A DNA stretch of 64,000 bases, taken from contig CAVZDU010000007.1 of NCBI GenBank assembly GCA_963774265.1, positions 384,001 through 448,000 of the forward strand. Reading direction: 5' to 3'. The notes under the pieces were generated by a model, which did no database searches, was not told the origin of the DNA, and saw only the letters and a list, made by a program, of their open reading frames with translations. Source of the DNA: an uncultured Chloroflexia bacterium. GTDB taxonomy: Bacteria > Chloroflexota > Anaerolineae > CG2-30-64-16. Made by a program: the position numbers and the translations under genes. This document shows, one piece after another, positions 21,386-30,738 of this stretch. Positions within the stretch are counted from its first letter, which is position 1, and each line of letters begins with the position of its first letter.

Positions 21386-22678
21386 TTAGTAGTAAGTCTG
21401 CAGGAATGTCTGGCCGAGAGCGATGCAGCCCTGGCGGTTGGCGCACTTGTCCGCAGTTGGCTCGACGTACAGGTCCCAGTTGTGCGAGCCGCCGTTGGGA
21501 AGCTGCGCAGCGACGCGGTAGCGCCCCACCCCTTGAAGTTCGAACTGATACCGCCCCGCCTTATCGCCCACTTTGCCCTCGACGCGGAAATTCTTGTCGT
21601 TGACCTGCACCGTGATATATCGTCCGATATGGTTCTCGATCACCAGCCACGCGAGGTTATTGTTTGTCGGCTGCTTGGGCGCGGGGGGTGGCGTCGGCGC
21701 GACCGCCACAGCCATCTGGGCGAAGTCGATCGACATTCCGAGATACTGCGTGCTGGCCCACGCCTCGCGTATCTTCGGCAAATTAAGCTTGGCCCATTTG
21801 CTGTCCTTGCTGCGACCCACGATGTCGACGCCGTCGCCCTTCTTCAGCGAGCCGACGATCGGGTAGTTTGTCCCCGGACCTGACCGCACATTAAGCGTAA
21901 CGGACGTGACGACGGCATCGGCAGCCGGCTGCGGCGTCGCAGTGGGCGTGGAGCGGCTGATGCTCTTCCGCCCCGGAATCGACGCCGGTTTGTTCCAAAG
22001 TCTGAAGTTATCGAAAGTGACCTCCAGTCCACCGTCCTTGTTCGTCCCAGCGATCAGGGCGATTTCGCCCTCTGTGAAGCTGCGATCCTGCACTCGCTTC
22101 AGCTCCTCATCGTTGGCCAGCACCACGATCTCCCTGCCGTTAGCAGCCACAGCCAGGCGGTTCTCGGCGCCTTCGCCCGCGTTCAGTGCGCCGGTTTCCG
22201 TCCAGTCAACCAGGCGGTCCAGCTCGCCGTCGATGTAGGCCAGCACCGCGAAGTAGCCCTCTGCGTCGGCCAGGAAGGCATAGAAATTGTCCGCGTCGGT
22301 ATAGCGGAAGATCATGCCCATCATGCCATCGGCAGGACCGTCGATGTGGGTGGCGAGGATCTCAACGTAGAAGTCTTTGAAGGCATCATCACTGTCGAGT
22401 GTCACCCAGCGGAACAATTCCCCCTCAGGCACCTGCACAGTCAAGCGCCCGCGGTTGATGAAGCTGAGCGCCTCGCTTCCGCTTTCGACATTCCACTGTC
22501 CCGAGTCTCGGCTGAAGTTGTCTTCGAGCGCCGGGTTGCCTTCGCGCCATTGGGACACGTCGGCGCCTTGCGCGGCGGCAAACCCAGGCTGCATGAATAG
22601 GACGAGGAACAACAGCGCGACGCAGCGCGCCGGGGGGATGGAATGACGACGCAACATATGCGGTTTCTCCTCAGGCAA
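21386..22678 (-). CDS. Secreted protein with lectin-like beta-sandwich and bacterial SH3 domain
   Basis: Signal peptide, DNFS...FDNF beta-sandwich, Pro/Thr linkers, LNVRSGPGTNY SH3b motif. Confidence 0.8.
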   Translation of the reverse strand: MPEEKPHMLRRHSIPPARCVALLFLVLFMQPGFAAAQGADVSQWREGNPALEDNFSRDSGQWNVESGSEALSFINRGRLTVQVPEGELFRWVTLDSDDAFKDFYVEILATHIDGPADGMMGMIFRYTDADNFYAFLADAEGYFAVLAYIDGELDRLVDWTETGALNAGEGAENRLAVAANGREIVVLANDEELKRVQDRSFTEGEIALIAGTNKDGGLEVTFDNFRLWNKPASIPGRKSISRSTPTATPQPAADAVVTSVTLNVRSGPGTNYPIVGSLKKGDGVDIVGRSKDSKWAKLNLPKIREAWASTQYLGMSIDFAQMAVAVAPTPPPAPKQPTNNNLAWLVIENHIGRYITVQVNDKNFRVEGKVGDKAGRYQFELQGVGRYRVAAQLPNGGSHNWDLYVEPTADKCANRQGCIALGQTFLQTYY

Positions 22679-22811
22679 CGCGTTGGGCTTGGAGTGCGGC
22701 CACTTCAGCCGAGGTGCGCTCAGGCGAGGGAGACTGAATGGTCAGTGTCAGGTGATGCATCGTTGCAGCTCCCGAGAAAGGTTAATGTCAGTCTACCACG
22801 GAAAGGGTTGA

Positions 22812-23123
22812 ATCACAAGCGGTTTCACGCAGGAGATAGTCGACAGGCCAGATGCATTCCAGATTGTCGAGCCGCTCGAAGTCAGTTGGGAAATTTGCAT
22901 AGGGTCATAGCGGAAGGGCAACTTCCAGGTCCGGTATCGCGCGGACGCCGATACCTCCAGCGGCGACAAGACCATCAATTTCGGCGATTTGTTAGGTCCG
23001 ACTGCCGTGAGTCTCTCCTCGTTGAGCGCGGTCGCCGAAGCCAATTCAGGGTCGCTGGCCGCGTGGGCGGCAGCGATGTTACTGGCTGCCGCGGGGTTGT
23101 TCGTGTGGAGATGGCGCGCGTAG
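22812..23123 (+). pseudogene. Orphan C-terminal fragment of a surface protein
   Basis: Frame ending at TAG 23121-23123 reads INFGDLLGPTAVSLSSLSA...AWAAAMLLAAAGLFVWRWRA*; in-frame TAG at 22908 and no convincing start. Confidence 0.55.
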
Positions 23124-23222
23124 ACGCACCGCCAGTCGGGTTTGAGGTGGAGGGGCCGCGCACGCAGCGCGGCCCCTCCTGTGTGCGGGTTATACGCGGG
23201 CGGTGGGTTCCGCCGCGGATCC

Positions 23223-23606
23223 TCAACCCAGGCGCCGTGTCTTCACGAAGTCGACCAGAATGTCGAGCATCTGCTTACGATAGGCCACAGCCTCCATAAC
23301 GTGGCGCTCATGCAGATCGTACACTGCCTGCGGCACGCGCAGCTCACCGGCTTCGAGCAGGATCGGAACAACGACGTACCGGTCGCCGTCGATGCTGATC
23401 TCAGTGCGAGCGATCTCGGCTTTTTCCGCCGTGATCTGAATGCCTGCGGACCCGTTGACGACTTGCACGTTGGTGGACACGGTCAGTTTGCTGCCGTCTG
23501 CGATCTGATCGGCAATGGCCTGCAGTGCACTGCGGATCGACAGCTCAGGGCTGGGATTGATCTTGTTGACGGTCGACGGGGTTTCGGCTTCTCTATTCTC
23601 TGGCAT
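23223..23606 (-). CDS. Hypothetical protein C of three-paralog operon
   Basis: GGAGG RBS; TEISIDGD...HERHVMEAVAYRKQML. Confidence 0.8.
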   Translation of the reverse strand: MPENREAETPSTVNKINPSPELSIRSALQAIADQIADGSKLTVSTNVQVVNGSAGIQITAEKAEIARTEISIDGDRYVVVPILLEAGELRVPQAVYDLHERHVMEAVAYRKQMLDILVDFVKTRRLG

Positions 23607-23628
23607 TTTGGCAAACCTCCTGGAAGTT

Positions 23629-24426
23629 TCAGGCGAGGGCTGGCAGCGCCCGGAGCGCCTGCATTTGGTCGATGATCTGGCGAACGAAGCGATAGGCCGC
23701 GGGCAGCGCAAGAAGCGGCGTGGCGGCAAACAGGACGGCAAGCTGAATGGCGCCGCGCACCACGGTCAACGCAAGGCGGAGCCACGCGTCACGCGTGCGC
23801 AGGGCCAGGCTGACCGCGCGGATGTGCTGCCGCGCATCATCCGTGGACAGCCCAGACGCCCATGCCGTGCGCATGTCGCCTGTCCACGACACGCGCGTGA
23901 GCGCGGCCCGCGCGTCGCCGAGGCTTGTTTCAACAACGGTGAAGTCACGCACTGCCTCACGAACCTTGGCGAAGAAGGCTTCGGTCCTTTCAACGGCTTG
24001 CTGGAAGGCCGGCACTGCGGCGAGATCGTCCATCGGCTGACCGGGACGCTCCCGCAAGTCAAGATCGCCCGCGGATTGACTCATGGCGGACCAGGATGCG
24101 AGCTCCAGCTCCGGCGCCTCCAGCCCGGGCGCGATCGCTGGCGATGGGCCGCCTGCTGCTGCGAAGGCCCTGAGCCGGTTCTCAGCCTGCGGCAGGGCGG
24201 ATTCGGCGACGGCAAGGCGTGCTTCGGCCAGGTCCAGGGCCTGGTCTGCTGCGCTCCGGTCTTTGGGGAGCGCAATCAGCCACAGATTCACGTCGCCAGG
24301 TGCGTCGGCTGCGGCGGGGCCAACGCCGGTGCTCTCCAGGCCGGCGTCGCCTGGCGCAGCAGGGGACGCCGGCTGCCACACCCCCAGCTCGTCCTCCGCA
24401 ACGGCAGGCCCGATGAATGCGGCCAT
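23629..24426 (-). CDS. Hypothetical protein B of three-paralog operon, hydrophobic C-terminus
   Basis: Starts 1 bp after the upstream stop; helical N-terminal region; TRVSWTGD...HIRAVSLALRTRDAWL. Confidence 0.8.
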   Translation of the reverse strand: MAAFIGPAVAEDELGVWQPASPAAPGDAGLESTGVGPAAADAPGDVNLWLIALPKDRSAADQALDLAEARLAVAESALPQAENRLRAFAAAGGPSPAIAPGLEAPELELASWSAMSQSAGDLDLRERPGQPMDDLAAVPAFQQAVERTEAFFAKVREAVRDFTVVETSLGDARAALTRVSWTGDMRTAWASGLSTDDARQHIRAVSLALRTRDAWLRLALTVVRGAIQLAVLFAATPLLALPAAYRFVRQIIDQMQALRALPALA

Positions 24427-24427
24427 A

Positions 24428-24997
24428 TCACTTGATGGTCGGGATGAAGCCGGCGATCAGCTCACCGACTGTCCTGAGCATCGCCTGGCGATGCGCCTGC
24501 GCCTGCTCGACAGTCTGAGAGTGAATCTGCCACAGCGCCTCGTCGATCTGCCCTGCGTCGACTGGCACGACGACCAGCGTGTCTCCGTCGAGTTTGATGT
24601 ACGTCATGGCGCGCGGCTGGGCGTGCGTGAAGCCCATTACGGCATCCGGGCGGACGTCCTCGATGCGCTCGGAGACGAAGGTGCGCACCTCGAGCGTCGT
24701 GACGTCATTCGCGAAGTCGATGAGCTTGTCGCCGAGCGTTTCGAGGGCCGACTTGAGTTTGTCCGTCACCTGTTTGAAGGGGCTGACCGTTGGCTCTTCC
24801 GTGCTCGTGCCCCCGAAGATGCTGAAGGCCTCAGGCGTGAAGGTTTCCAGGGCCGTCAGGTTTGACATCGCCTGGGTCGGGATGACCGTGATGGTGACGT
24901 GCCCCTGGGGACTGACCTGCACAGTCACAGGGCCCGCAGACGTGCTGGCTGGGGGAGCGATTTCCGCGCTGCCGGTGGATGGATCGGCTTCAGGCAT
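24428..24997 (-). CDS. Hypothetical protein A of three-paralog operon
   Basis: GGGAG RBS, TGCTATAAT extended -10 near 25030-25038; TYIKLDGD...HSQTVEQAQAHRQAML. Confidence 0.8.
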   Translation of the reverse strand: MPEADPSTGSAEIAPPASTSAGPVTVQVSPQGHVTITVIPTQAMSNLTALETFTPEAFSIFGGTSTEEPTVSPFKQVTDKLKSALETLGDKLIDFANDVTTLEVRTFVSERIEDVRPDAVMGFTHAQPRAMTYIKLDGDTLVVVPVDAGQIDEALWQIHSQTVEQAQAHRQAMLRTVGELIAGFIPTIK

Positions 24998-25074
24998 GGC
25001 ATTCTCCCTGCGAGTAGGATGTGAGAGCAATTATAGCACAAATGGCGCGCCGGGGTTCCTGTCAAGATCAACAG

Positions 25075-25103
25075 TTGACACCCTACCTGCCCTGTGCTAT
25101 TTT
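25075..25103 (+). promoter_or_regulatory. Sigma70 promoter of the AfuABC-like operon
   Basis: TTGACA, 17 bp spacer, TGcTATTTT. Confidence 0.6.
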
Positions 25104-25169
25104 ATCGTCGACGAAGGAGTTTCGTCCCCGTCACCCCGGAATCCACATCAGAGTCTTCAAGGAGGAAGC

Positions 25170-26207
25170 ATGAACCGCAAAGTCCAGACGCTCGTCTCGC
25201 TACTTTTTATCTTTGCTGTACTGCTGGCAGGCTGCGGTCCCGCAGCCGCACCGGCCAGCAAGGAAGTGAATGTGCTGTGCACCCCCCAGGAGGAGTGGTG
25301 CCAGGGCATGAAGCAGGAGTTCGAGGCCAAGTACGGCGTCACGGTCAACTACGTCCGCATGTCGAGCGGCGAGGCATTGGCCCGCGTCCGTGCCGAGAAG
25401 GAGAACCCGCAATTCGACATCTGGTGGGGTGGCCCCATGGACAGCTTCGTGGCTGCGAAGCAGGAGGGGTTGCTTGAGCCATACAACTCTCCCAGCTACG
25501 CGAATCTGCTCGACCAGGCCAAATACAAGGATGTTGATAACCAATACGCCGGCATCTACGTGGGAAGCCTCGCCTTCTGCACCAACAAGGACTGGCTCGC
25601 CAAGAACCCCGGCATGAGCGCGCCCAAGTCATGGGACGACCTGCTGAAGCCCGAGTTCAAGGGCCAGGTCATCGTGGCACACCCGTCGACCTCCGGCACC
25701 TCCTACACCGCGCTGGCCACCATTCTCCAGATCCGCGGCGAAACAGCGGGCTGGGAATACATCAAGAAATACGCGGGCCAGATCTCGCAGTACACCAAGA
25801 GCGGTGCAGCCCCCGCGAAATTCGTTGGCCAGGGTGAGGCGGTCGTGGGGATCGTCTTCTCGCACGACATCGTGAACGAGATTGACAACAATAAGATGCC
25901 CCTTGTGCTCACTTTCCCCGAGGAAGGCACGGGCTATGAGATCGGCGCGATGGGCATTATCAAGGGCGCCAAGCACATGGACCTCGCCAAGAAGTGGTTT
26001 GACTGGGCGTTGACCGCCGAGGCTCAGAAGCTGGGCCCGAAGTACAAGGCGTACCAGGCGCCGACCGTGAAGGGCGTCGAGCTCTCTCATCCCGAGCTGC
26101 TCCAGGTCAAGTTGATTAACTATGACTTCCAGTGGGCCGGTACGAACAAGAAAGCCTTCGTCGACAAGTTCACCAACGAGATCGCCGCGGCCGACCAACT
26201 TAAGTAA
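25170..26207 (+). CDS. AfuA/FbpA-type ABC substrate-binding lipoprotein
   Basis: GGAGG RBS, LAGC lipobox, RMSSGE, DIWWGG, PSTSGTSY, PEEGTGYEIG. Confidence 0.9.
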   Translation: MNRKVQTLVSLLFIFAVLLAGCGPAAAPASKEVNVLCTPQEEWCQGMKQEFEAKYGVTVNYVRMSSGEALARVRAEKENPQFDIWWGGPMDSFVAAKQEGLLEPYNSPSYANLLDQAKYKDVDNQYAGIYVGSLAFCTNKDWLAKNPGMSAPKSWDDLLKPEFKGQVIVAHPSTSGTSYTALATILQIRGETAGWEYIKKYAGQISQYTKSGAAPAKFVGQGEAVVGIVFSHDIVNEIDNNKMPLVLTFPEEGTGYEIGAMGIIKGAKHMDLAKKWFDWALTAEAQKLGPKYKAYQAPTVKGVELSHPELLQVKLINYDFQWAGTNKKAFVDKFTNEIAAADQLK

Positions 26208-26305
26208 TAGATTTCAAGATACGGAAGGAAGAAGGAAGAGTGAAGATCTTCCTTCTTCCTTTTGGCATTTTCCTTTTCGCCAGACTCCCCGGATCGAGGC
26301 TTTCC

Positions 26306-28621
26306 ATGGCGATATCCATGCCCGGCTCCCAAGACCGCAGGGAGATGGAACGCAGCTTGCGTGCGACGATGGTGAGGCGCTACCGGGAGTTCGCATTGAT
26401 TGCCCACGATCCCGTGCTTCTCATCAGCCTCCTCTACTGCGGCCTCTTCCTTTTCGTGTTTGTCGTCTTTCCTCTTTTTCGCGGCACAGCCAATGGTTTT
26501 CTGGACCCTGATCAATCGGGTCCATGGTTCACGCGGCTGAGTTTCAAATACATCGCCCGTTTCTTTGACTCGTACTACGGGCCGTACTCGCGTCAGGTCT
26601 TCGGAAATACGCTCGTCATGGGGCTTCTGACAGCAACTGGCGGCACCATTCTGGGTTTCATCTTCGCCTACACCATGGTCCGCTGCAATGCGCCGGGCAG
26701 CCGGATCATTCACGTGCTGGCTCTCGTGCCTACCGTGTCTCCCCCATTCGCCCTGGCCCTGAGTACGATTTTGCTCTTTGGCCGCAACGGGCTGGTTACA
26801 GCAAAACTACTCGGCATCGAATTCGTCCCGGGCATGAACGATATCTATGGTATGGATGGCCTGGTGCTGGTCCAGATCATCACGTTTTTCTCCGTTGCCT
26901 ATCTGATCATACGTGCGATGCTCGAACGGCTCGATCCCAGCATGGAGGAAGCTGCGCACAGCCTCGGCGCGGGAAAGCTGCACATTTTTCGCACCGTCAC
27001 ACTTCCACTGCTGATCCCAGGCATCGCAGGGTCATTTCTGCTTCTTTTCGTGGAGTCACTCGCTGACCTCGGCAACCCGCTCTTTATCTCAGGCAACGTC
27101 ACTGTTCTGTCGGCGCAGATCTTTCTGGCGGTCGCGGGGGAGTATGACTACCAGAAGGCGTCGGCCCTGGCGTTCGTCCTGCTCATCCCGACCCTGGCGG
27201 TCTTCCTCGTTCAGCGTTACTACGTCAGCCGGCGCTCTTACGTCTCCGTGACCGGCAAGCCGACCGGCGGCCACATCACTGTGCGTGAGCCATGGATCCG
27301 GTGGCCGTTCATCACGATCGCATATCTCACCTGTCTATTGGTGGTGATCCTCTATGCCGCCATCTTCTACGGGTCGTTTGCCAGCGCGTGGGGAGTTGAC
27401 TATACGCCCACGTTGTATTGGTGGAAGTTGATGGCCGCGCGCGGGGTCGAGTCGATCCTCGATACGACTTTCCTGAGCGCATTCGCGACGCCACTCGCCG
27501 CGCTCACCGGCATGATCATCGCCTTTCTCGTGGTGCGTAAGAAGTTCTCGGGCAAGGATGCGCTGGATTTCGTCTCCAACCTGGGCGGCGCTGTACCCGG
27601 CACGATCCTGGGTATCGGCTTCGTCCTGGCCTTTTCGACCGTGCCAACCTTTGTGGTCGGGCTGCTCTATGTCATGCTTGCGGTGTTTCTCGCCCGTCAG
27701 GCATTACCCGATAGACGGTCGCATTTCATCGTCGTGGCAGCAGGGAGCGCGGTCGGCCTGGGCCTGGCCCAACTGACCCGGTTCCTGGGCGAATCCGGCC
27801 CCTACTACCTCATCGGGGCTTTGTACCTTGTGTTCGGAGGACTGGCCTGGCTACGCGGGCGGTCCAGTGCAAAGCCTGCGCGATCGACTTTGGTGCTCGC
27901 AATGGGCGCATACGTGCTGATGGGTGGCCTGATCGAGTTCGTCGCACAGCCCATCGCGGTCCTGAGCCGTTCGATCCCCCCAGGTTTTTGGGCCAACTTC
28001 CTGTTCCAGTTTTCCGATTATCTGAAGGTCTTCTTCCAGACGCCGCTGCCCCTGGCGGCGATCGTGTTTGCGTTCCTTTCCTTGTTGATCATTGAGAGGG
28101 AGACCGGCAGATCTCGCATGGTCATCACCGGACTCCTCATCAGTCTGGTGGCAGCGCTCTGTTTCGCAGGCCAGCCGCTGGCGCTGATCGGCACGCCGTA
28201 CATCATTCTGGCGGCTTTCGCTGTACGCAGCCTGCCCGCTTCAGTGCGCGCCGGCGTGGCTGCGCTGCAGCAGATCGACCCATCCATTGAAGAGGCGTCG
28301 GGGATGCTGGGGGCAGACGCGCAGTACACCTTCCGCAAGGTGACGCTGCCGCTGATCCTGCCCGCGCTGCTCGCGGGCCTGATCTTTGCCTTCACCCGGC
28401 ATATGACCAGCCTGTCGGCGATCATCTTCCTGATCAGTGCGCGCTGGCGCATCGTGACCGCGTCGATCCTCAGTGAATGGGAGCAAGGCGGCATCAGTAT
28501 TGCCGCGGCGTATTCGACCGTGATTATCGTGTTGGTTCTGATCGCAATCGGCTTTCTGTACTATATCACCCGGCGAGTCCTGAAGGGTCGCGGCGACGTG
28601 GATCTGACGTTGGGAGCTTAG
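26306..28621 (+). CDS. AfuB/FbpB-type ABC permease with extra TM insertion (start uncertain)
   Basis: Two EAA motifs (MEEAAHSLGA, IEEASGMLGA), SPPF, LADLGNP. Confidence 0.88.
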   Translation: MAISMPGSQDRREMERSLRATMVRRYREFALIAHDPVLLISLLYCGLFLFVFVVFPLFRGTANGFLDPDQSGPWFTRLSFKYIARFFDSYYGPYSRQVFGNTLVMGLLTATGGTILGFIFAYTMVRCNAPGSRIIHVLALVPTVSPPFALALSTILLFGRNGLVTAKLLGIEFVPGMNDIYGMDGLVLVQIITFFSVAYLIIRAMLERLDPSMEEAAHSLGAGKLHIFRTVTLPLLIPGIAGSFLLLFVESLADLGNPLFISGNVTVLSAQIFLAVAGEYDYQKASALAFVLLIPTLAVFLVQRYYVSRRSYVSVTGKPTGGHITVREPWIRWPFITIAYLTCLLVVILYAAIFYGSFASAWGVDYTPTLYWWKLMAARGVESILDTTFLSAFATPLAALTGMIIAFLVVRKKFSGKDALDFVSNLGGAVPGTILGIGFVLAFSTVPTFVVGLLYVMLAVFLARQALPDRRSHFIVVAAGSAVGLGLAQLTRFLGESGPYYLIGALYLVFGGLAWLRGRSSAKPARSTLVLAMGAYVLMGGLIEFVAQPIAVLSRSIPPGFWANFLFQFSDYLKVFFQTPLPLAAIVFAFLSLLIIERETGRSRMVITGLLISLVAALCFAGQPLALIGTPYIILAAFAVRSLPASVRAGVAALQQIDPSIEEASGMLGADAQYTFRKVTLPLILPALLAGLIFAFTRHMTSLSAIIFLISARWRIVTASILSEWEQGGISIAAAYSTVIIVLVLIAIGFLYYITRRVLKGRGDVDLTLGA

Positions 28622-28631
28622 GAGTAAGTCC

Positions 28632-29726
28632 ATGTACCTGGTGCTGCAAGACCTGGTCAAAAAGTTCGCCAGCAAAGGCGGCGGCGCCGCTATAAGCGGC
28701 GTGGGCGAAGTCACGGCGGTGAACGGCGTCTCGCTCAACATCAACCAGGGCGACCTGGTGACGCTGCTCGGGCCATCGGGGTGCGGCAAAACTACAACGC
28801 TGCGCATGATCGCCGGTTTTGAGTTTCCCACGTCAGGTCAGATCCTGCTGGACGGCAAGGCGATTAACGATTTGCCCCCACATCGCCGCGACATGTCGAT
28901 GGTTTTCCAGAGCTACGCTATCTTTCCGCACCTCAGCGTGTTTGAGAACATCGCCTACGGCTTGAATGTGCAACGTCTCTCTCAGGAGGTGATCCGCCAG
29001 CGGGCGGGCCGGGTGATGGACCTGGTGGAGTTGACGGGCTACGAGAATCGCCAGCCGAATCAGCTTTCCGGTGGGCAGCAGCAGCGGGTTGCGCTTGCCC
29101 GGGCGCTTGTGATGGAACCCAAGGTCCTGCTCATGGACGAGCCGCTGTCGAACCTCGACGCCAAACTGCGCGAACAGATGCGCACGGAAATCCGCCGGAT
29201 TCAGAAGCGGCTGGGCATCACCAGCGTCTACGTGACGCACGACCAGGTGGAGGCCATGACCCTGTCAGATCAGGTCGTCGTGATGAACCAGGGCCAGATC
29301 GAGCAGACTGGCACCCCTCTGGAGGTGTACAGGCGGCCCGCCACGCGCTTTGTGGCTGATTTCATCGGCCGGGCGAACTTCGTCACAGCCATGGTGCGCG
29401 ACCAAAGCAACGGCACCTTGGTCATGGATGCGTTGGGCGCGGTCGTCAGCGTGCCCGCCCCGGCAGAAGGCATCCCGACCGGCGCGGTGGTGACCCTGGT
29501 CGTGCGGCCTGAGATGGTGGAGGTCGATACCGACCGGCCCCATGCGCAGGCGATCGTGCGCCGGGCCGCGTACCTGGGCAATGTCGTGGAGTACGATCTG
29601 GAGGTCGGGGATCATCTGTTGACAGTGGCCGAGCACGATCCGCGACATGCCCGGGTGCATGATGAAGGGGCCACCATACCGATTCGGTTGATCGAAGACT
29701 GCCTGTACGTGTTGCCAAATGAATGA
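28632..29726 (+). CDS. ABC transporter ATP-binding protein (AfuC/PotA-type)
   Basis: GPSGCGKTT, LSGGQQQR, DEPLSNLD, TOBE-like tail. Confidence 0.95.
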   Translation: MYLVLQDLVKKFASKGGGAAISGVGEVTAVNGVSLNINQGDLVTLLGPSGCGKTTTLRMIAGFEFPTSGQILLDGKAINDLPPHRRDMSMVFQSYAIFPHLSVFENIAYGLNVQRLSQEVIRQRAGRVMDLVELTGYENRQPNQLSGGQQQRVALARALVMEPKVLLMDEPLSNLDAKLREQMRTEIRRIQKRLGITSVYVTHDQVEAMTLSDQVVVMNQGQIEQTGTPLEVYRRPATRFVADFIGRANFVTAMVRDQSNGTLVMDALGAVVSVPAPAEGIPTGAVVTLVVRPEMVEVDTDRPHAQAIVRRAAYLGNVVEYDLEVGDHLLTVAEHDPRHARVHDEGATIPIRLIEDCLYVLPNE

Positions 29727-30639
29727 GCGCGTCTGCGACCTGCTGATGGTGGGTCACTTCGCCGTGGACCGCTTGATCGTGGATGGGGTAACAACGACAT
29801 CTTCCGGGGGTGGGGTCTATTACGGCGCGATCGCGGCGCGACGGTTGGGCGCGGCCGTGGCGGTCGCCACCCGCTTGCGCGCCGACGACTTCGAGCGGCT
29901 GGAGGAACTCCGTTCCGAGGGCATCCCGGTGTTCGCGACGCCTGCGGAAGAGACCTCAGGCATCGCCAACTACTACGACTCGGCCGACATGGAGCGCCGC
30001 ATCTGCATTCCAATCGGCTTCGCGGGCGCCATCCGGGCCGCTGACCTGCCGATCGATTGGGCGCATGCGCCGGGTTCGTCCGATGATGAGGGCATGCGCG
30101 CCGCCATCTACGTCATCTCGCCCATCATTGCCGGCGAGGTGGAGCTGTCATTGTTGGCGCGCCTGGCATCGCGCGGCCCCGTCGCAATGGACGTACAGGG
30201 GTTCGTGCGAGTGCGCGTCGGCAATGAGCTCCACTTCCGCACCTCACCGCAGCTTGACGAGACATTGCACCATGTGACCTATCTCAAGGTGGACCGTGCG
30301 GAAGCCGAGGCGCTGACCGGCGAGAAAGACCTTTCCCGTGCCGCGCGTGTGTTGGCCGCACAGGGGCCGCGCGAGATCGTCCTGACCGAATCCGCGGGCG
30401 TGACGGTCTTCGCCGATGGCCAGATACACCGCGCGCCGTTCCGTCCGCGCTCCCTGACCGGGCGCACAGGCCGAGGCGACACCTGTTTTGCCACCTACCT
30501 GGCCATGCGCCTGTCGCACAGCGCTGCGGAGGCATGCGCCTGGGCCGGCGCAGTAACGACCTTGAAGCAGGAACAGCCTGGACCCTGGCGGGGCGCATTG
30601 GCCGACGTGGTAGCGCTCCTGGAAAGCAGCAAGAGTTGA
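29719..30639 (+). CDS. PfkB family carbohydrate kinase
   Basis: GGGVYY, DVQGFVR, GRTGRGDT anion-hole motif. Confidence 0.85.
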   Translation: MNERVCDLLMVGHFAVDRLIVDGVTTTSSGGGVYYGAIAARRLGAAVAVATRLRADDFERLEELRSEGIPVFATPAEETSGIANYYDSADMERRICIPIGFAGAIRAADLPIDWAHAPGSSDDEGMRAAIYVISPIIAGEVELSLLARLASRGPVAMDVQGFVRVRVGNELHFRTSPQLDETLHHVTYLKVDRAEAEALTGEKDLSRAARVLAAQGPREIVLTESAGVTVFADGQIHRAPFRPRSLTGRTGRGDTCFATYLAMRLSHSAAEACAWAGAVTTLKQEQPGPWRGALADVVALLESSKS

Positions 30640-30651
30640 GGCGCTCGACTC

Positions 30652-30684
30652 AGGTGCCCGGCACTTCGAAAGTTCCGGGCACCT
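30652..30684. repeat. REP-like palindrome (AGGTGCCCGGCACT family)
   Basis: AGGTGCCCGGCACT-tcgaa-AGTTCCGGGCACCT. Confidence 0.85.
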
Positions 30685-30738
30685 TCAGCACGCGACACCT
30701 TCCGCGGCCCCGCAATCACCAACCCGAGGAGCTGCCTC

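Noticed and set aside
22908-22910. In-frame TAG as pyrrolysine read-through, given mttB in the window
   Set aside because: The MttB here is the non-Pyl type, no pyl genes are seen, and the frame also has an upstream TGA and no convincing start
24579-25169. Long N-terminal extensions on ORFs 24579-26207, 55010-56959, 48352-49416 and 17050-18108
   Set aside because: They overlap real genes; RBS positions or homology boundaries point to downstream starts
26220-26280. Purine/pyrimidine-rich tracts (GAAGGAA repeats; similar at 50588-50645)
   Set aside because: Short low-complexity intergenic hairpin or repeat; no function can be supported
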